A stretch of 64,000 bases of DNA from assembly GCA_965116025.1 (NCBI GenBank), contig OZ220480.1, positions 1,856,001-1,920,000 on the forward strand. The letters are read 5' to 3'. The notes under the pieces are model-generated. The model did no database searches. It was not told where the DNA came from and was given only the letters and a program-made list of their open reading frames with translations. The number at the start of each line of letters is the position of its first letter. Position 1 is the stretch's first letter. Of the stretch, positions 53,781 to 64,000 are shown in pieces. This stretch comes from an uncultured candidatus Porisulfidus sp. Lineage in GTDB: Bacteria > Pseudomonadota > Gammaproteobacteria > Poriferisulfidales > Poriferisulfidaceae. The position numbers and the translations under genes were made by a program.

Positions 53781-54434
53781 TCAGTCCAGCGCGGCGAACG
53801 TCTGATCGCGGATCTCCTCAATCTCTCCAGAGCCGTCGATCACGTGATACCGCGGAGCGCCCTCTCCGCCGGACTCCGCCCATCGCGAATAGTAGTCGAT
53901 CAGCACCTCGGTCTGGTCATGGTAGACGGCAAGCCGTTGCCGCACCACCTCCTCGCGGTCATCGTCACGCTGGATCAGCGGCTCTCCCGTCTTGTCGTCC
54001 CGGCCTTCCTCTCGAGGAGGATTGTTATCAACGTGATAGACGCGCCCGGAAGCCGGGTGCACCCTGCGTCCGCTCATGCGGCGGATGATCTCCTCGTCGC
54101 TCACCCGGATCTCCACCACGTGGTCAATGTCGATCTCGTACTCGCGCAGGGCTTCCGCCTGATCCAGAGTCCGGGGAAATCCGTCCAGCAAGAAACCATC
54201 GCCACAGTCGGGCTCCGCGATTCGTTGCTCAACCAACCCCAAGATCAGCTGATCCGGAACCAAGCCCCCCTGGTTCATGATTTCCTTCGCCTCCTTGCCA
54301 AGCGGGGTTTGGTCCGCCACCGCCTTGCGCAACATGTCACCCGTCGAGATTTGCGGAATCCCGTATCGCTCGCAAATGAAATTCGCCTGAGTCCCCTTTC
54401 CGGCACCGGGGCCGCCCAATAAAATCACGCGCAT
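53781..54434 (-). CDS. adk: Adenylate kinase
   Basis: '[13 protein letters not shown]', 'ISTGDMLR', 'FLLDGFPRT'. Confidence 0.98.
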   Translation of the reverse strand: MRVILLGGPGAGKGTQANFICERYGIPQISTGDMLRKAVADQTPLGKEAKEIMNQGGLVPDQLILGLVEQRIAEPDCGDGFLLDGFPRTLDQAEALREYEIDIDHVVEIRVSDEEIIRRMSGRRVHPASGRVYHVDNNPPREEGRDDKTGEPLIQRDDDREEVVRQRLAVYHDQTEVLIDYYSRWAESGGEGAPRYHVIDGSGEIEEIRDQTFAALD

Positions 54435-54524
54435 TGGCTTGTGCTAACTCGAATCGTTTGACTTGGCGGCTCGCGCGCGACCGCGCGACCACGCGGAGAA
54501 TTTTACCATAGCCCCCCGCTCAGG

Positions 54525-54725
54525 CTAATCGCGCTCATCGATCCAAGCCATCTGGATCGCCTCCAGAACGCGCTCGCCGCAACGCGCCGGATCGTCTTCG
54601 AAGTCCTCAAGGGCCAGCACCCAATCGCGCAAGTCCGTGAAGCGGACGTATCGCGGATCGACCTCTGGATGCGCCTCCTCAAGCTCGATCGCGATATCCA
54701 GCGAATCCGTCCAGCGAAGTCCCAT
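54525..54725 (-). CDS. iscX: Fe-S cluster assembly protein IscX
   Basis: 'LRWTD..DIAIEL', 'VRFTDL', 'LEAIQMAWIDE'. Confidence 0.95.
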   Translation of the reverse strand: MGLRWTDSLDIAIELEEAHPEVDPRYVRFTDLRDWVLALEDFEDDPARCGERVLEAIQMAWIDERD

Positions 54726-54737
54726 CGTTTTTCCTCC

Positions 54738-55076
54738 CTAATGATTCTCGGAAACCTGGTTTATCGTGTAACGCGGGAGCTCGACGACCAGATCCGTCTC
54801 GCCTATGATCGCCTGGCAACTTAGCCGGGAATCTGGATCCAGCCCCCACGCGCGGTCCAGCAAATCCTCCTCGTCCTCGGTCGCCTCGTTCAACGACCCC
54901 CCGCCCTCTCGGACATAGACGTGGCAAGTCGTGCATGCGCAGGACTTCTCGCAGGCATGCTCGATTTCAATGCCGCTCGACAAGGCCGCGTCGCAAATGC
55001 TCGTGCCGGGCTCCACCTCGATCACCCGTTCGGTCGGGCAAATCTCCTCGTGCGGCAAAAACCGTATGGACGGCAT
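54738..55076 (-). CDS. fdx: ISC system 2Fe-2S ferredoxin
   Basis: 'IEHACEKSCACTTCH' and 'SRLSCQ'. Confidence 0.96.
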   Translation of the reverse strand: MPSIRFLPHEEICPTERVIEVEPGTSICDAALSSGIEIEHACEKSCACTTCHVYVREGGGSLNEATEDEEDLLDRAWGLDPDSRLSCQAIIGETDLVVELPRYTINQVSENH

Positions 55077-56926
55077 CAGTCCCTCTCCTGGAATTCCTCG
55101 AGCCTGCGCCCGCGCATCGCCTGCTGGACGCCACGGTTCATCCGCCGTTCCACGAAAGGGGCGCAAGCATCCTCCAGCGCCTTGACGCGATCACGGATCT
55201 CGTCAGCATCGGTTCCCTCTCGCGCACGCGCGAGCGCCTGAAGCGCCGCCTCGATCTCGTCGCGCTCCGTCTCGCCCGACAGCATATCCCCATCCACCTC
55301 CAGCGCGTCCCGCAACGCCTGCGTCACCCGGTCCGCCTCAACGCGCCGCTCGTTCAGAGCGCGACTCGTCACGTCCTCCCGCGCATGCTCGATCGAATCC
55401 CGTAGCATTCGCTCGATCTCCTCCTCCTCCAGCCCATACGACGGCTTGACCGACACTCCGGCGCGAACGCCGCTCACGGTCTCCACCGCCTCCACCATCA
55501 GCAATCCGTCCGCATCCACTTGAAACTCGACCCGGACGCGGGCGACGCCCGCCGTCATTGGCGGGATACCGCGCAGCTCGAAGCGCGCCAGCGAGCGGCA
55601 GTCCGAAACCAGTTCTCGCTCGCCCTGCACCACATGGATGGCGAGCGCGGTCTGCCCGTCTTTGAAGGTGGTGAACTCTTGGGCATGATGGGCCGGGATG
55701 GTCGTGTTGCGGTCGATGATCCGCTCCACGAGCCCTCCCATGATCTCGATCCCGAGCGATAGAGGAATGACGTCCAGCAGAAGCAGATCCTGGTCCTGGG
55801 CGTTGCCAACCAGCGCATCGGCCTGGATCGCGGCGCCCAACGCCACCACGCGGTCGGGATCGATTCCGACATGCGCCTCGCGGGCGAAGAATCTCGAGAC
55901 CTCGCGCCGCAAATATGGCATTCGCGTCACGCCGCCAACCAGAACCACCTCTTGGATATCCCCAACCGCGACCCGCGCGTCCGACAGGGCGCGGCGGCAA
56001 CACCGTAGCGTTCGCTCGATCAGGGGCGCCGAGAGCCGCTCCAGCTCTTCCCGGGTCAGGGTCAACGCCTCGCCGACCCCGAGATCGATTCGAACCGAAT
56101 TTCGTTCCGACAGATCCTCTCGCGCCTGGCGCAGCGTGCGTAAAAAGGTTCGCGTCCGCGTCCGATCCGTCCGCTCCACGCCAGTCTCGCGCCGCGCCCA
56201 ATCCAGCAGGATCCGATCCAGATCGTCCCCACCGAGTTCGGCATCTCCTCCCGTCGCCAGAACCTGGAACACGCCTCGACTCAGGCGCAGGATCGAGATA
56301 TCGAAAGTTCCCCCGCCCAAGTCGAAAACCGCGATCAGCCCGCGATCCTCTTCGCGGTCCAATCCATAGGCGATTGAGGCCGCGGTCGGCTCATTGAGAA
56401 GGCGCAATACCGGCAGTCCGGCAAGGCGCGCCGCGTCCTTGGTCGCCTGCCGCTGCGCCTCGTCGAAATAGGCTGGCACTGTAATGACCGCGCCGTCCAG
56501 CGCGCCGCCTAACTCCCGTTCCACTCGGTTTTTCAGGGCCGACAGAATATCCGCGGAGATTTCGACGGCGGTTTTCGGTCCGGCCGCCGTGCGGAACCGA
56601 GGAGCTCCCGAATCCAGATCTCCCTCTAGCTCGCGCTCGTCAGCGAGATCTCCGGCGCCGCGTCCCATCGCGCGCTTGATCGAGAAGAACGCTTCGCCCG
56701 AGGAATCCGCGGAAGGGGACGATGCCGCGCGTCCCACCGTCACCGAGCCATCCGCGGCGTAGAGCGCGACCGAAGGGAGGCGATGCCGCCCTTCCGCGTC
56801 CGGTAACGTGACCGCTCGCCCATCCCGCGCCACCGCTACCAACGAGTGCGTGGTTCCCAGATCAATGCCGCATGCGCGACGTCTAGGCCGCGCCTGCCCC
56901 GGCTCGGAAATCTGCAACAACGCCAT
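55076..56926 (-). CDS. hscA: Fe-S protein assembly chaperone HscA
   Basis: 'MALLQISEPG', 'GIDLGTT', 'DLGGGTFD', 'FTTFKDGQT'. Confidence 0.96.
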   Translation of the reverse strand: MALLQISEPGQARPRRRACGIDLGTTHSLVAVARDGRAVTLPDAEGRHRLPSVALYAADGSVTVGRAASSPSADSSGEAFFSIKRAMGRGAGDLADERELEGDLDSGAPRFRTAAGPKTAVEISADILSALKNRVERELGGALDGAVITVPAYFDEAQRQATKDAARLAGLPVLRLLNEPTAASIAYGLDREEDRGLIAVFDLGGGTFDISILRLSRGVFQVLATGGDAELGGDDLDRILLDWARRETGVERTDRTRTRTFLRTLRQAREDLSERNSVRIDLGVGEALTLTREELERLSAPLIERTLRCCRRALSDARVAVGDIQEVVLVGGVTRMPYLRREVSRFFAREAHVGIDPDRVVALGAAIQADALVGNAQDQDLLLLDVIPLSLGIEIMGGLVERIIDRNTTIPAHHAQEFTTFKDGQTALAIHVVQGERELVSDCRSLARFELRGIPPMTAGVARVRVEFQVDADGLLMVEAVETVSGVRAGVSVKPSYGLEEEEIERMLRDSIEHAREDVTSRALNERRVEADRVTQALRDALEVDGDMLSGETERDEIEAALQALARAREGTDADEIRDRVKALEDACAPFVERRMNRGVQQAMRGRRLEEFQERD

Positions 56927-56929
56927 GCT

Positions 56930-57454
56930 CTATCCCTCGGGGAGTCGCTCCCGACGGGCCCGCAGGGCTTGCCGCAAACGACGGTAGAAAGAGAGTTTCC
57001 GAAGGGTTTCGCGCGCGGCTGGCCAGCGCTCGTCGGCGTAGCGCGCCGCGAAATCCTTCCAGAGGCCTCCGGACTCCCGTTCCAAACGGGCCTCGAACGC
57101 CTCGACCTTCGCCATATCGTCGATCTCCTCCATCTCCTCGCGCAGTTCCATCTGTCTCGCCAAAAACCCCGTATCGGACGACGTGTCGCTTTCCTCGTCC
57201 ACCTCCACGCCCCGCGACCGCAATAGGTACGCGGCCCGCTCGTGGCGGTCGCTCAAGATTCGGTATCCCTGGTTGACGTGCGCCGCGGCCTGCGCCGCGA
57301 GGCGCCGCTCCTGGTCGCCCGCCGCCGCGAAGCGGTCCGGGTGCAGCTCCCGCTGCAGAGCTCGATATCGCTCGGTCAGGCTTCGCTCGTCGATCTCGAG
57401 CGAGAGCGGCAATCGAAACAGTTCGAAGTAATTCTGGGGAATGTCCAGCGGCAC
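56930..57454 (-). CDS. hscB: Co-chaperone HscB
   Basis: 'NYFELF', J-domain 'HPDRF', 'FLARQMELRE'. Confidence 0.95.
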   Translation of the reverse strand: MPLDIPQNYFELFRLPLSLEIDERSLTERYRALQRELHPDRFAAAGDQERRLAAQAAAHVNQGYRILSDRHERAAYLLRSRGVEVDEESDTSSDTGFLARQMELREEMEEIDDMAKVEAFEARLERESGGLWKDFAARYADERWPAARETLRKLSFYRRLRQALRARRERLPEG

Positions 57455-57475
57455 CGCCGCCCCCTGGCCTTGCCG

Positions 57476-57799
57476 TCAGATGCTGAAGCTCTCGCCACAA
57501 CCGCATCGCGCCTTCTCGTTGGGATTGGTGAAGCGGAAGCCCTCGTTCAGGCCCTCGCGTCCATAATCCAGTTCGGTCCCATCCAGATAGGCCAAGCTTT
57601 TCGGCGACACCACCACCTTCACGCCCTTATCCTCGAACACCTGATCGCCCTCTTCCACGGAATCGGCGAACTCGAGGACGTAGGCCATCCCGGAGCAACC
57701 GGTGGTTTTCACGCCGAGCCGCAAGCCGAGTCCGCGTCCGCGCGCGCGCAGATGAGAGAGAATCTGCCCGGCCGCGGCCTCGGTCAGCGAGATGGCCAT
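57476..57799 (-). CDS. iscA: Iron-sulfur cluster assembly protein IscA
   Basis: 'GCSGMAY' and 'CGCGESF'. Confidence 0.96.
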   Translation of the reverse strand: MAISLTEAAAGQILSHLRARGRGLGLRLGVKTTGCSGMAYVLEFADSVEEGDQVFEDKGVKVVVSPKSLAYLDGTELDYGREGLNEGFRFTNPNEKARCGCGESFSI

Positions 57800-57811
57800 G
57801 ATGGCTTGGCC

Positions 57812-58240
57812 TCAGACGGTCTCCGTCAGGCGCGTCTCGTCCGGCGCGGCGGCCCGGCCGTCCGCCTGCTTGCCCTCATAGTCCTCGATCGCGGCGCGGA
57901 TGGCGTCCTCCGCCAGCACCGAGCAATGGATTTTCACCGGCGGCAACGCCAGCTCCTCAGCGATGTCGGTGTTGCGGATCTCTCCGGCCTCCGCCAAAGT
58001 CTTGCCTCGCACCCATTCGGTCAGCAAGCTGGAAGACGCGATCGCCGAGCCGCAGCCGTAGGTCTTGAACTTGGCGTCCTCAATCACGCCGTCGTCGCCA
58101 ACCTTGATCTGGAGCTTCATCACGTCCCCGCAGGCCGGCGCGCCGACCATACCGGTTCCCACCCGCGCGTCGCTCTTGTCCATCGAGCCAACATTGCGTG
58201 GATTCTCATAGTGATCCAAAACTTTCTTGCCATATGCCAT
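57812..58240 (-). CDS. iscU: Fe-S cluster scaffold IscU
   Basis: '[10 protein letters not shown]', 'APACGD', 'LPPVKIHCS'. Confidence 0.97.
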   Translation of the reverse strand: MAYGKKVLDHYENPRNVGSMDKSDARVGTGMVGAPACGDVMKLQIKVGDDGVIEDAKFKTYGCGSAIASSSLLTEWVRGKTLAEAGEIRNTDIAEELALPPVKIHCSVLAEDAIRAAIEDYEGKQADGRAAAPDETRLTETV

Positions 58241-58264
58241 GATATTTTCTCCTGCTTGAAATGA

Positions 58265-59488
58265 TCAATGTACCGCCCACTGCACCGAGTCCAGGTCGAT
58301 CCCTTCCTGGTGCATCTCCCACAGAGGCGACAGTTCTCGGAGCCGCCGCACGGCTCGCTTGACGAGCCCGATGGTGCGGTCGACCTCCTCTTCGGTCGTG
58401 AAGCGTCCGATGGTGAAGCGCAGCGAGCTGTGCGCCAACTCGTCGTTGCGGCCCAGCGCGCGCAGCACGTAGCTTGGCTCCAGCGAGGCCGAGGTGCAGG
58501 CCGAGCCACTGGACACCGCGATGTCCTTAAGCGCCATGATCAGCGATTCGCCCTCCACGAAGTTGAAGCTCACGTTGAGGCTGCCCGGCGCCCGGCGCTC
58601 GAGATCTCCGTTGAGATAGACCTCGTCCATCTCGTTGAGACCATTCCAAAGCCGGTCACGCAACGCGCGAACGCGCGCCGATTCCTCCGCCATCTCCTCG
58701 CGGGCGATCCGAAACGCCTCGCCCATGCCCACGATCTGGTGGGTCGGCAGAGTGCCGGAGCGCAACCCGCGCTCGTGTCCGCCCCCATGCATCTGCGCCT
58801 CCAGGCGCACCCGGGGCTTGCGGCAAACGTACAACGCGCCAATGCCTTTCGGACCGTAGATCTTATGCGCGGACAGGGTCATCAGGTCCACGCCCATCGC
58901 GTGGACGTCGATCGGAATCTTGCCCGCGCTCTGCGCCGCGTCGACGTGCAGGATCACGCCGCGCTCGCGGGTCATCGCGCCGATCGCCGCGATGTCCTGG
59001 ATCACGCCAATCTCGTTGTTGACGTGCATAACCGAGACCACCGTCGTGTCCTCGCGCAACGCGGCCCTCAGATCCTCCAAGTCGAGCAGGCCATTCTCTC
59101 GCGGTGCCAGATAGGTCACCTCGAAGCCCTCGCGCTCCAACTGCCGACAAGTGTCCAGCACCGCCTTGTGCTCGGTCTTCACGGTGACGATGCGCTTGCC
59201 CTTCTTGCGGTAGAAGTGAGCGGCTCCCTTGATCGCCAGATTGTCCGACTCGGTGCCGCCGCTGGTCCAGATGATCTCGCGCGGGTCGGCGCCGATCAGC
59301 GCCGCGACCTGGGACCGCGCCTCGTCGACCGCCTCCTCGGCATGCCAGCCGAAACTATGCGAGCGCGAGGCCGGATTGCCGAACTCGCCATCCGGCGTCA
59401 GGTACTGGCGCATCTTGTCCGCCACCCGCGGGTCCACGGGCGTGGTGGCCGAGTAGTCTAAGTAAATTGGGGAAGTGACATCGCTCAT
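58265..59488 (-). CDS. iscS: Cysteine desulfurase IscS
   Basis: '[10 protein letters not shown]', '[10 protein letters not shown]', 'SSGSACTS'. Confidence 0.97.
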   Translation of the reverse strand: MSDVTSPIYLDYSATTPVDPRVADKMRQYLTPDGEFGNPASRSHSFGWHAEEAVDEARSQVAALIGADPREIIWTSGGTESDNLAIKGAAHFYRKKGKRIVTVKTEHKAVLDTCRQLEREGFEVTYLAPRENGLLDLEDLRAALREDTTVVSVMHVNNEIGVIQDIAAIGAMTRERGVILHVDAAQSAGKIPIDVHAMGVDLMTLSAHKIYGPKGIGALYVCRKPRVRLEAQMHGGGHERGLRSGTLPTHQIVGMGEAFRIAREEMAEESARVRALRDRLWNGLNEMDEVYLNGDLERRAPGSLNVSFNFVEGESLIMALKDIAVSSGSACTSASLEPSYVLRALGRNDELAHSSLRFTIGRFTTEEEVDRTIGLVKRAVRRLRELSPLWEMHQEGIDLDSVQWAVH

Positions 59489-59982
59489 AGGGTGGCCTCC
59501 CGCCCCTCCAAGGGCGCGTTCGCGAGTGATCCTCGGTGCTCGGCGAATTTGGCGCTTTGGCGCAACGCCACCTCGCGCACTCGCCGTTGCCCCAGCACGT
59601 CCGCCAGACTGACGCGATCCAGGTAGCGCTCGATCTCGCGGCCCAGCTCCGCCCACAAGCCGTGCGTCAGGCAAGGCTGGTTGTCCTGGCAGTTCTCGCT
59701 TCCGCCACAGCGCGTCGCCTCCACGCGCTCATCGACCGCCGCGATCACGTCGGCGACCGAGATCGTCGGCGCGTCCCGCGTCAGATGATATCCACCGCCG
59801 GGCCCGCGCACGCTGTCAACCAGACCAGCCCGGCGCAGACGGGAAAACAATTGCTCCAGATAGGAGCGCGAGATGCCCTGGCGCTCGGCGATGCCAGCCA
59901 GCGCCACCGGTCCCTCTTCTCCATGCAACGCCACGTCGAGCATGGCGGTCACGGCATAGCGTCCTTTCGCGTTCAATCGCAT
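59485..59982 (-). CDS. iscR: Fe-S cluster assembly transcription factor IscR
   Basis: Rrf2 motif 'SYLEQLF...RGPGGGY' and cluster ligands '[16 protein letters not shown]'. Confidence 0.96.
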   Translation of the reverse strand: MRLNAKGRYAVTAMLDVALHGEEGPVALAGIAERQGISRSYLEQLFSRLRRAGLVDSVRGPGGGYHLTRDAPTISVADVIAAVDERVEATRCGGSENCQDNQPCLTHGLWAELGREIERYLDRVSLADVLGQRRVREVALRQSAKFAEHRGSLANAPLEGREATL

Positions 59983-60025
59983 GATGTCAAGCGTTCCATT
60001 CGGCGCGGTCGAGGGTCATTCTCGC

Positions 60026-60050
60026 ATACCCGACTAAAATAGTCAAGTAT
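60026..60050. promoter_or_regulatory. Type-1 IscR binding site
   Basis: atacccgactaaaatagtcaagtat fits the ATASYYGACTRwwwYAGTCRRSTAT consensus; 43 bp upstream of iscR. Confidence 0.85.
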
Positions 60051-60192
60051 TTCTTAAGGGATAGGCGGAACGGGCGCTCCGAGGTCTTGCTTTATGATAG
60101 CCACGCTTTCGACCGCCGCGGAACGCCCACGGGAACAGGGGCGTCGCGCGCGGATCCACGCCGCGCGAGCCGAAACCCCGAGCCGAAACCCC

Positions 60193-60981
60193 ATGAGCGC
60201 CTTGCTGAACATCGCCGTCGATGCCGCCGAGGCCGCGGGCCGGATCATCATCCGACACCACCAGTTCACCGACCGGGTCGCGGTGGAACGCAAAGGCGCG
60301 CACGACTTCGTCTCCAGCGTGGACCGCGAGGCCGAGCGTGAAATCGTCGAGCGCCTGCGTAAGGCGCATCCGGAACACGCGATTCTGGCCGAGGAGGGCA
60401 CCGCCGGAATCTCCTCCAAAGCCGAATTCGAATGGCTGGTCGATCCGCTGGACGGCACCACCAACTACCTCTTCGGCTTTCCGCACTACGCCGTGTCCAT
60501 CGCCCTGCGCCGGCGCGGCAAGATCCTCCTCGGCGTCGTGTACGACCCGTTCAAGCAAGAGCTGTTCACTGCGGAGGACGGACGCGGAGCCCTTCTCGAC
60601 GGACGGCGCATTCGCGCCCGCGCTCGGGGCGGGCTGGCGGACGCCTTGCTGGCGACCGGATTTCCATTCCGCGACGGCGCCGACCTGGACCGCTACATCG
60701 CCACCTTGCGAGCCCTGATCCCAGGAACGGCCGGAATCCGCCGCGCGGGGTCGGCGGCGCTGGATCTCGCCTACGTGGCGGCGGGCAGATTTGACGGTTT
60801 CTGGGAATTCGGTCTCAAGCCTTGGGACATGGCCGCTGGAATCGCGCTGGCGCGAGAAGCTGGCGTGATCGTGAAAGACCTGGGTGGCGGAGAGGATCCA
60901 CTCGCTAGCGGCGACATCATCGCCGCGACGCCACGGGTCCTGGAGGAAATGCTGGAAAGACTCGAGGAACTGGACGAATAG
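60193..60981 (+). CDS. suhB: Inositol monophosphatase family protein SuhB
   Basis: 'ILAEE', 'WLVDPLDGTTNY', 'RRAGSAALDL', 'PWDMAAG'. Confidence 0.94.
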   Translation: MSALLNIAVDAAEAAGRIIIRHHQFTDRVAVERKGAHDFVSSVDREAEREIVERLRKAHPEHAILAEEGTAGISSKAEFEWLVDPLDGTTNYLFGFPHYAVSIALRRRGKILLGVVYDPFKQELFTAEDGRGALLDGRRIRARARGGLADALLATGFPFRDGADLDRYIATLRALIPGTAGIRRAGSAALDLAYVAAGRFDGFWEFGLKPWDMAAGIALAREAGVIVKDLGGGEDPLASGDIIAATPRVLEEMLERLEELDE

Positions 60982-61384
60982 CCGAAACGTCCGCGCGGCG
61001 CCACGCCATGCCCGAGACGCCACGTAGACTGAGAATGATAGAACTTGCGGGCGAAGGCGATCCCGAATCCGTGATAAGGTGGCGAATGCGATTAAGCGTT
61101 CGCGCCAGCGACGGCATGGCCCCAATGGGATTGATGAGAGAACTGGGTACGAAAACTCTCTAAAAGAGATAAAGCGACCCGATACTGATGGCCGAGGATT
61201 TTCCCTGCCGCGGAAACAGGAAAATTAGAGAAGGAATGGCTAGCTGGACGGCTTTTTGATGACGCGCGTATTGAAAGAGCGAGCGTTCCACCATCCAGAC
61301 GGTCCTCGGCCTCATTGAAGCGACCGCGCGCCGTCGCGCATGTTTAGTAGTGAATTAATCCTTCCAGAGCGTTATCCAATCGAC

Positions 61385-61711
61385 ATGAAAATACTGGGAA
61401 TCCTGCTTGGCGTCGCTACGATCTTCATCATGGGCGGGGCGTTCCTCTTGCTGCTCGAGAAGGAAGACGCGAACGCGCTCGCCGCGATAATGTGCCTCAT
61501 TCCCGTCGCGTCTGGGATCGTCTTGATCGTCAATTCGAGCAAACTCCAGAAAAATAGATTGCGCAACCGCGCCGATGCGGACGAAGCTCTTTCGAGACTT
61601 CAGGAGAGAGTCGCCGCTTCCGGGGTTGATGTCGAGCGATGGGCGCAGGAAATCGAGCGAGAGCGCCAAAAGAGCTCGAAAAGACGCGCGGAGGATAAGT
61701 TGATCGAATGA
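61385..61711 (+). CDS. Hypothetical two-TM protein with a charged, antitoxin-like C-terminal tail
   Basis: Two hydrophobic segments, then 'DEALSRLQERVAASGVDVERWAQEIERER'. Stop overlaps the PIN start (ATGA). Confidence 0.55.
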   Translation: MKILGILLGVATIFIMGGAFLLLLEKEDANALAAIMCLIPVASGIVLIVNSSKLQKNRLRNRADADEALSRLQERVAASGVDVERWAQEIERERQKSSKRRAEDKLIE

Positions 61712-62085
61712 TTCACTTGGACACCAGCTTCCTGCATTCGCGCGACTCGCGCGAGCTTCCCCAAAGCCGAAGCCGCCTTGGAGTGGCTACGTTCTGAGAA
61801 AGTCTTGCGCATGAGCTCCGTCGCGTAGGCGGAGCGCCTGGGTGGCAGCCCACATGCGATCAAAAACATCTCCTTCGCCACTCGCGTCGTGACGCGGCGA
61901 GTGGATTTCACGGAAGAAATGGCGAAACTGGCGGCCTGCCTCTTCAATGGCTCGGGGCGTCACCGGGAAACGATGCTCGATTGCATGATCGCCGCCACCG
62001 CGCTCACGCCGCATTCCAGCGTCGCGACATCGAACCGGAAAGATTTCGAGGCGTTCCAGCGCTTCGACCTGCGCCTGGCGACCAC
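61708..62085 (+). pseudogene. PIN-domain (VapC-type) toxin pseudogene
   Basis: 'MIHLDTSFL', a +1 frameshift at 61735, in-frame TAG at 61826-61828, then 'DCMIAATAL...VATSNRKDF'. Confidence 0.85.
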
Positions 62086-62092
62086 CGCCACC

Positions 62093-63016
62093 TTACGGCC
62101 GGTTGTCCAGCTCTTCCACCGTCGCGACCTCAAGATCGCGACGGCTCACGCCGAGCGTCAGCAGGGAGCTTCCCGCCACGTAGATCGACGAGTAGGTGCC
62201 AACGATCACGCCAACGATCAGCGCGATAGAGAACGCGTGAATCACCTCGCCGCCAAAGAAGAATAGCGCGACCAGAACTAGCAACGTGGTCAGTGAGGTC
62301 ATCAAGGTGCGCGCCAAGGTCTGGTTGATCGAGACGTTCAGCACGTCGACGCTGGAACGGCGTCTTAGTTGCCGGAAATTCTCCCGGATGCGGTCGAACA
62401 CGACGATAGTATCGTTAAGGGAATAGCCGATCACCGCCAAAATCGCCGCCAGCACCGTCAGGTCGAATTCGATCCGAGTCAGCGAGAAGAATCCGACGGT
62501 CAGGATCACGTCGTGGACCAGCGCGATAATGGCGCCGAACGAGAAGCGGTACTCGAAGCGCAGGGCCACGTAGATCAAGATCAGACCCAGCGCGTACAGC
62601 ATGGCGAGCCCCCCGTCGTCGCGCAATTCCTCTCCGACCTGCGGCCCGACGTACTCGATCCGGCGCACCTCCAGCTCGCCCGCTCCGCGCAAAGACCGCA
62701 ACGCCCGTTCGCTCAGCTCGCTCTGCGGACGACCGTCCGGCTTGATCCGTACCAGAACTTCCCGCGCCGACCCGAAATGCTGCGCCACCGCGCGCTCGAA
62801 GCCAGCTTCATCCAGTCGAGCCCGCACTTCGTCGAGTTCCACCGGATCCGGATAACCAACCTCAATCAGGGTCCCTCCTTCGAAATCCACTCCTAGGTTC
62901 AAACCCTGGAACGAGAGAGAGCCGATGGACAGAATCAGCAGTACGCCAGAAAGGATCGTCGCGTGGCGGCGACGGCCCATGAAATCAATAGCGAGGTCGC
63001 GCGGAAGCAATCGCAT
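62093..63016 (-). CDS. secF: Protein translocase subunit SecF
   Basis: 'GVDFEGG', 'VGPQVGEEL', 'GYSLNDTIVVFDRIREN', 'GTYSSIY'. Confidence 0.97.
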   Translation of the reverse strand: MRLLPRDLAIDFMGRRRHATILSGVLLILSIGSLSFQGLNLGVDFEGGTLIEVGYPDPVELDEVRARLDEAGFERAVAQHFGSAREVLVRIKPDGRPQSELSERALRSLRGAGELEVRRIEYVGPQVGEELRDDGGLAMLYALGLILIYVALRFEYRFSFGAIIALVHDVILTVGFFSLTRIEFDLTVLAAILAVIGYSLNDTIVVFDRIRENFRQLRRRSSVDVLNVSINQTLARTLMTSLTTLLVLVALFFFGGEVIHAFSIALIVGVIVGTYSSIYVAGSSLLTLGVSRRDLEVATVEELDNRP

Positions 63017-63018
63017 GG

Positions 63019-64000
63019 TCAAACCGCCAGGGTCGGGGCGCGCTGGGCGCCGTAGATGCTGTTGACGATGGCTCGGGTGCCCATGATCGCGGTGAACATG
63101 GAAGCCACGATGCCGATGGAAAGAGTGACCGCGAACCCTTTGATCGGCCCGGTGCCGAAGGCGAACAGCACGATCGCCGCGATCAGGGTGGTGATATTGG
63201 CGTCGGCGATGGTCGACAGCGCCTTGCCATAACCAGCCTGGATGCTCGCTTGGGGCGTGTTGCCGTTGTTCAGCTCCTCCCGGATCCGCTCGAAGATGAG
63301 AACGTTCGCGTCCACCGCCATGCCGACGGTGAGCACGATTCCCGCGATGCCCGGCAGAGTCAGCGTCGCGCCTGGAATTAGCGACATCGCCGCCACGATC
63401 AGAACCAGGTTGGCGACCAGCGCCAGGTTGGCGATCAACCCGAACAGTCGATAGTACAGCGCCATGAACGCCATCACCAACAAAAATCCGATCAGCACCG
63501 AGAGCGCGCCGAGATCGATATTCTGCTGACCAAGGCTTGGCCCCACGGTGCGCTCCTCCACGATGTACATCGGCGTCGCCAGCGCGCCGGCGCGCAGCAG
63601 CAAGGCCAAATTGCGCGCCTCGCGCGACGTGTCCAGTCCGGTGATCTGGAAGCGCTTGGACAGCTGCTCCTGGATGCGCGCGACGTTGATGACCTCGCGA
63701 GTCTCGCGGGTGACCCTGCGGGACTCGCCATCGACCACCACCGTGTCGGCGCGCTGCTCGATGAACACCACGCCCATCAGCCGCTTGACGTTCTCGCCCG
63801 TCACCTTGGCGAACCGACGAGCTCCGTCTCCGTCCAAAGTGATGTGCGCCGCGGGAAGGCCGCGCTCGTCAAATCCCGAGGACGCGTCGATGATGTGCTC
63901 CCCGGTCAGCATCACCCGGCGCTTGAGCAGCACCGGGTTGCCGTCGCGCTCATAGTACAACTCGTCAGCCAGCGGCACCGCGCCAGTCTCCGCGGCCAGA
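63019..64000 (-). CDS. secD: Protein translocase subunit SecD (3' part; start lies outside the window)
   Basis: 'VGPSLG', 'GMAVDANVLIFERIREE', 'GTGPIKGFAVTL'. Confidence 0.96.
   Translation of the reverse strand, partial: LAAETGAVPLADELYYERDGNPVLLKRRVMLTGEHIIDASSGFDERGLPAAHITLDGDGARRFAKVTGENVKRLMGVVFIEQRADTVVVDGESRRVTRETREVINVARIQEQLSKRFQITGLDTSREARNLALLLRAGALATPMYIVEERTVGPSLGQQNIDLGALSVLIGFLLVMAFMALYYRLFGLIANLALVANLVLIVAAMSLIPGATLTLPGIAGIVLTVGMAVDANVLIFERIREELNNGNTPQASIQAGYGKALSTIADANITTLIAAIVLFAFGTGPIKGFAVTLSIGIVASMFTAIMGTRAIVNSIYGAQRAPTLAV

Noticed and set aside
60982-61384. AT-richer spacer after suhB, possibly gene debris
   Set aside because: Only short frames with no recognisable motif; no call can be supported.

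Overview
High-GC gammaproteobacterial chromosome segment, mostly housekeeping. It carries tolB-tolA-tolR-tolQ-ybgC-ruvBAC-yebC-nudB-aspS, serS, tRNA-Arg, leuS-lptE, nhaA, moaAB, the tRNA cluster-tuf-secE-nusG-rplKAJL-rpoBC block, adk, the complete isc operon, suhB and secF-secD. Accessory DNA is interspersed: (i) a TMTC-like glycosyltransferase-TPR protein; (ii) a complete IS1380-family element with 17-bp inverted repeats and a 5-bp target duplication, plus a decayed copy of its right end 13 kb away; (iii) a methanopterin/methanofuran-type C1 cofactor cluster followed by a TonB-dependent receptor; (iv) an autotransporter switched out of frame by a G23 tract in its signal-peptide region (candidate phase variation); (v) an AT-richer island with a C5 methyltransferase and a NotI-like endonuclease; (vi) a methyltransferase-HNH fusion; (vii) a decayed PIN toxin behind a membrane-protein/antitoxin-like chimera. 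RpoB is unusual, with an apparently triplicated SI1 module and substitutions at normally conserved beta-lobe residues. No CRISPR array or rRNA was seen. All calls rest on motif recognition by eye; no database searches were run.
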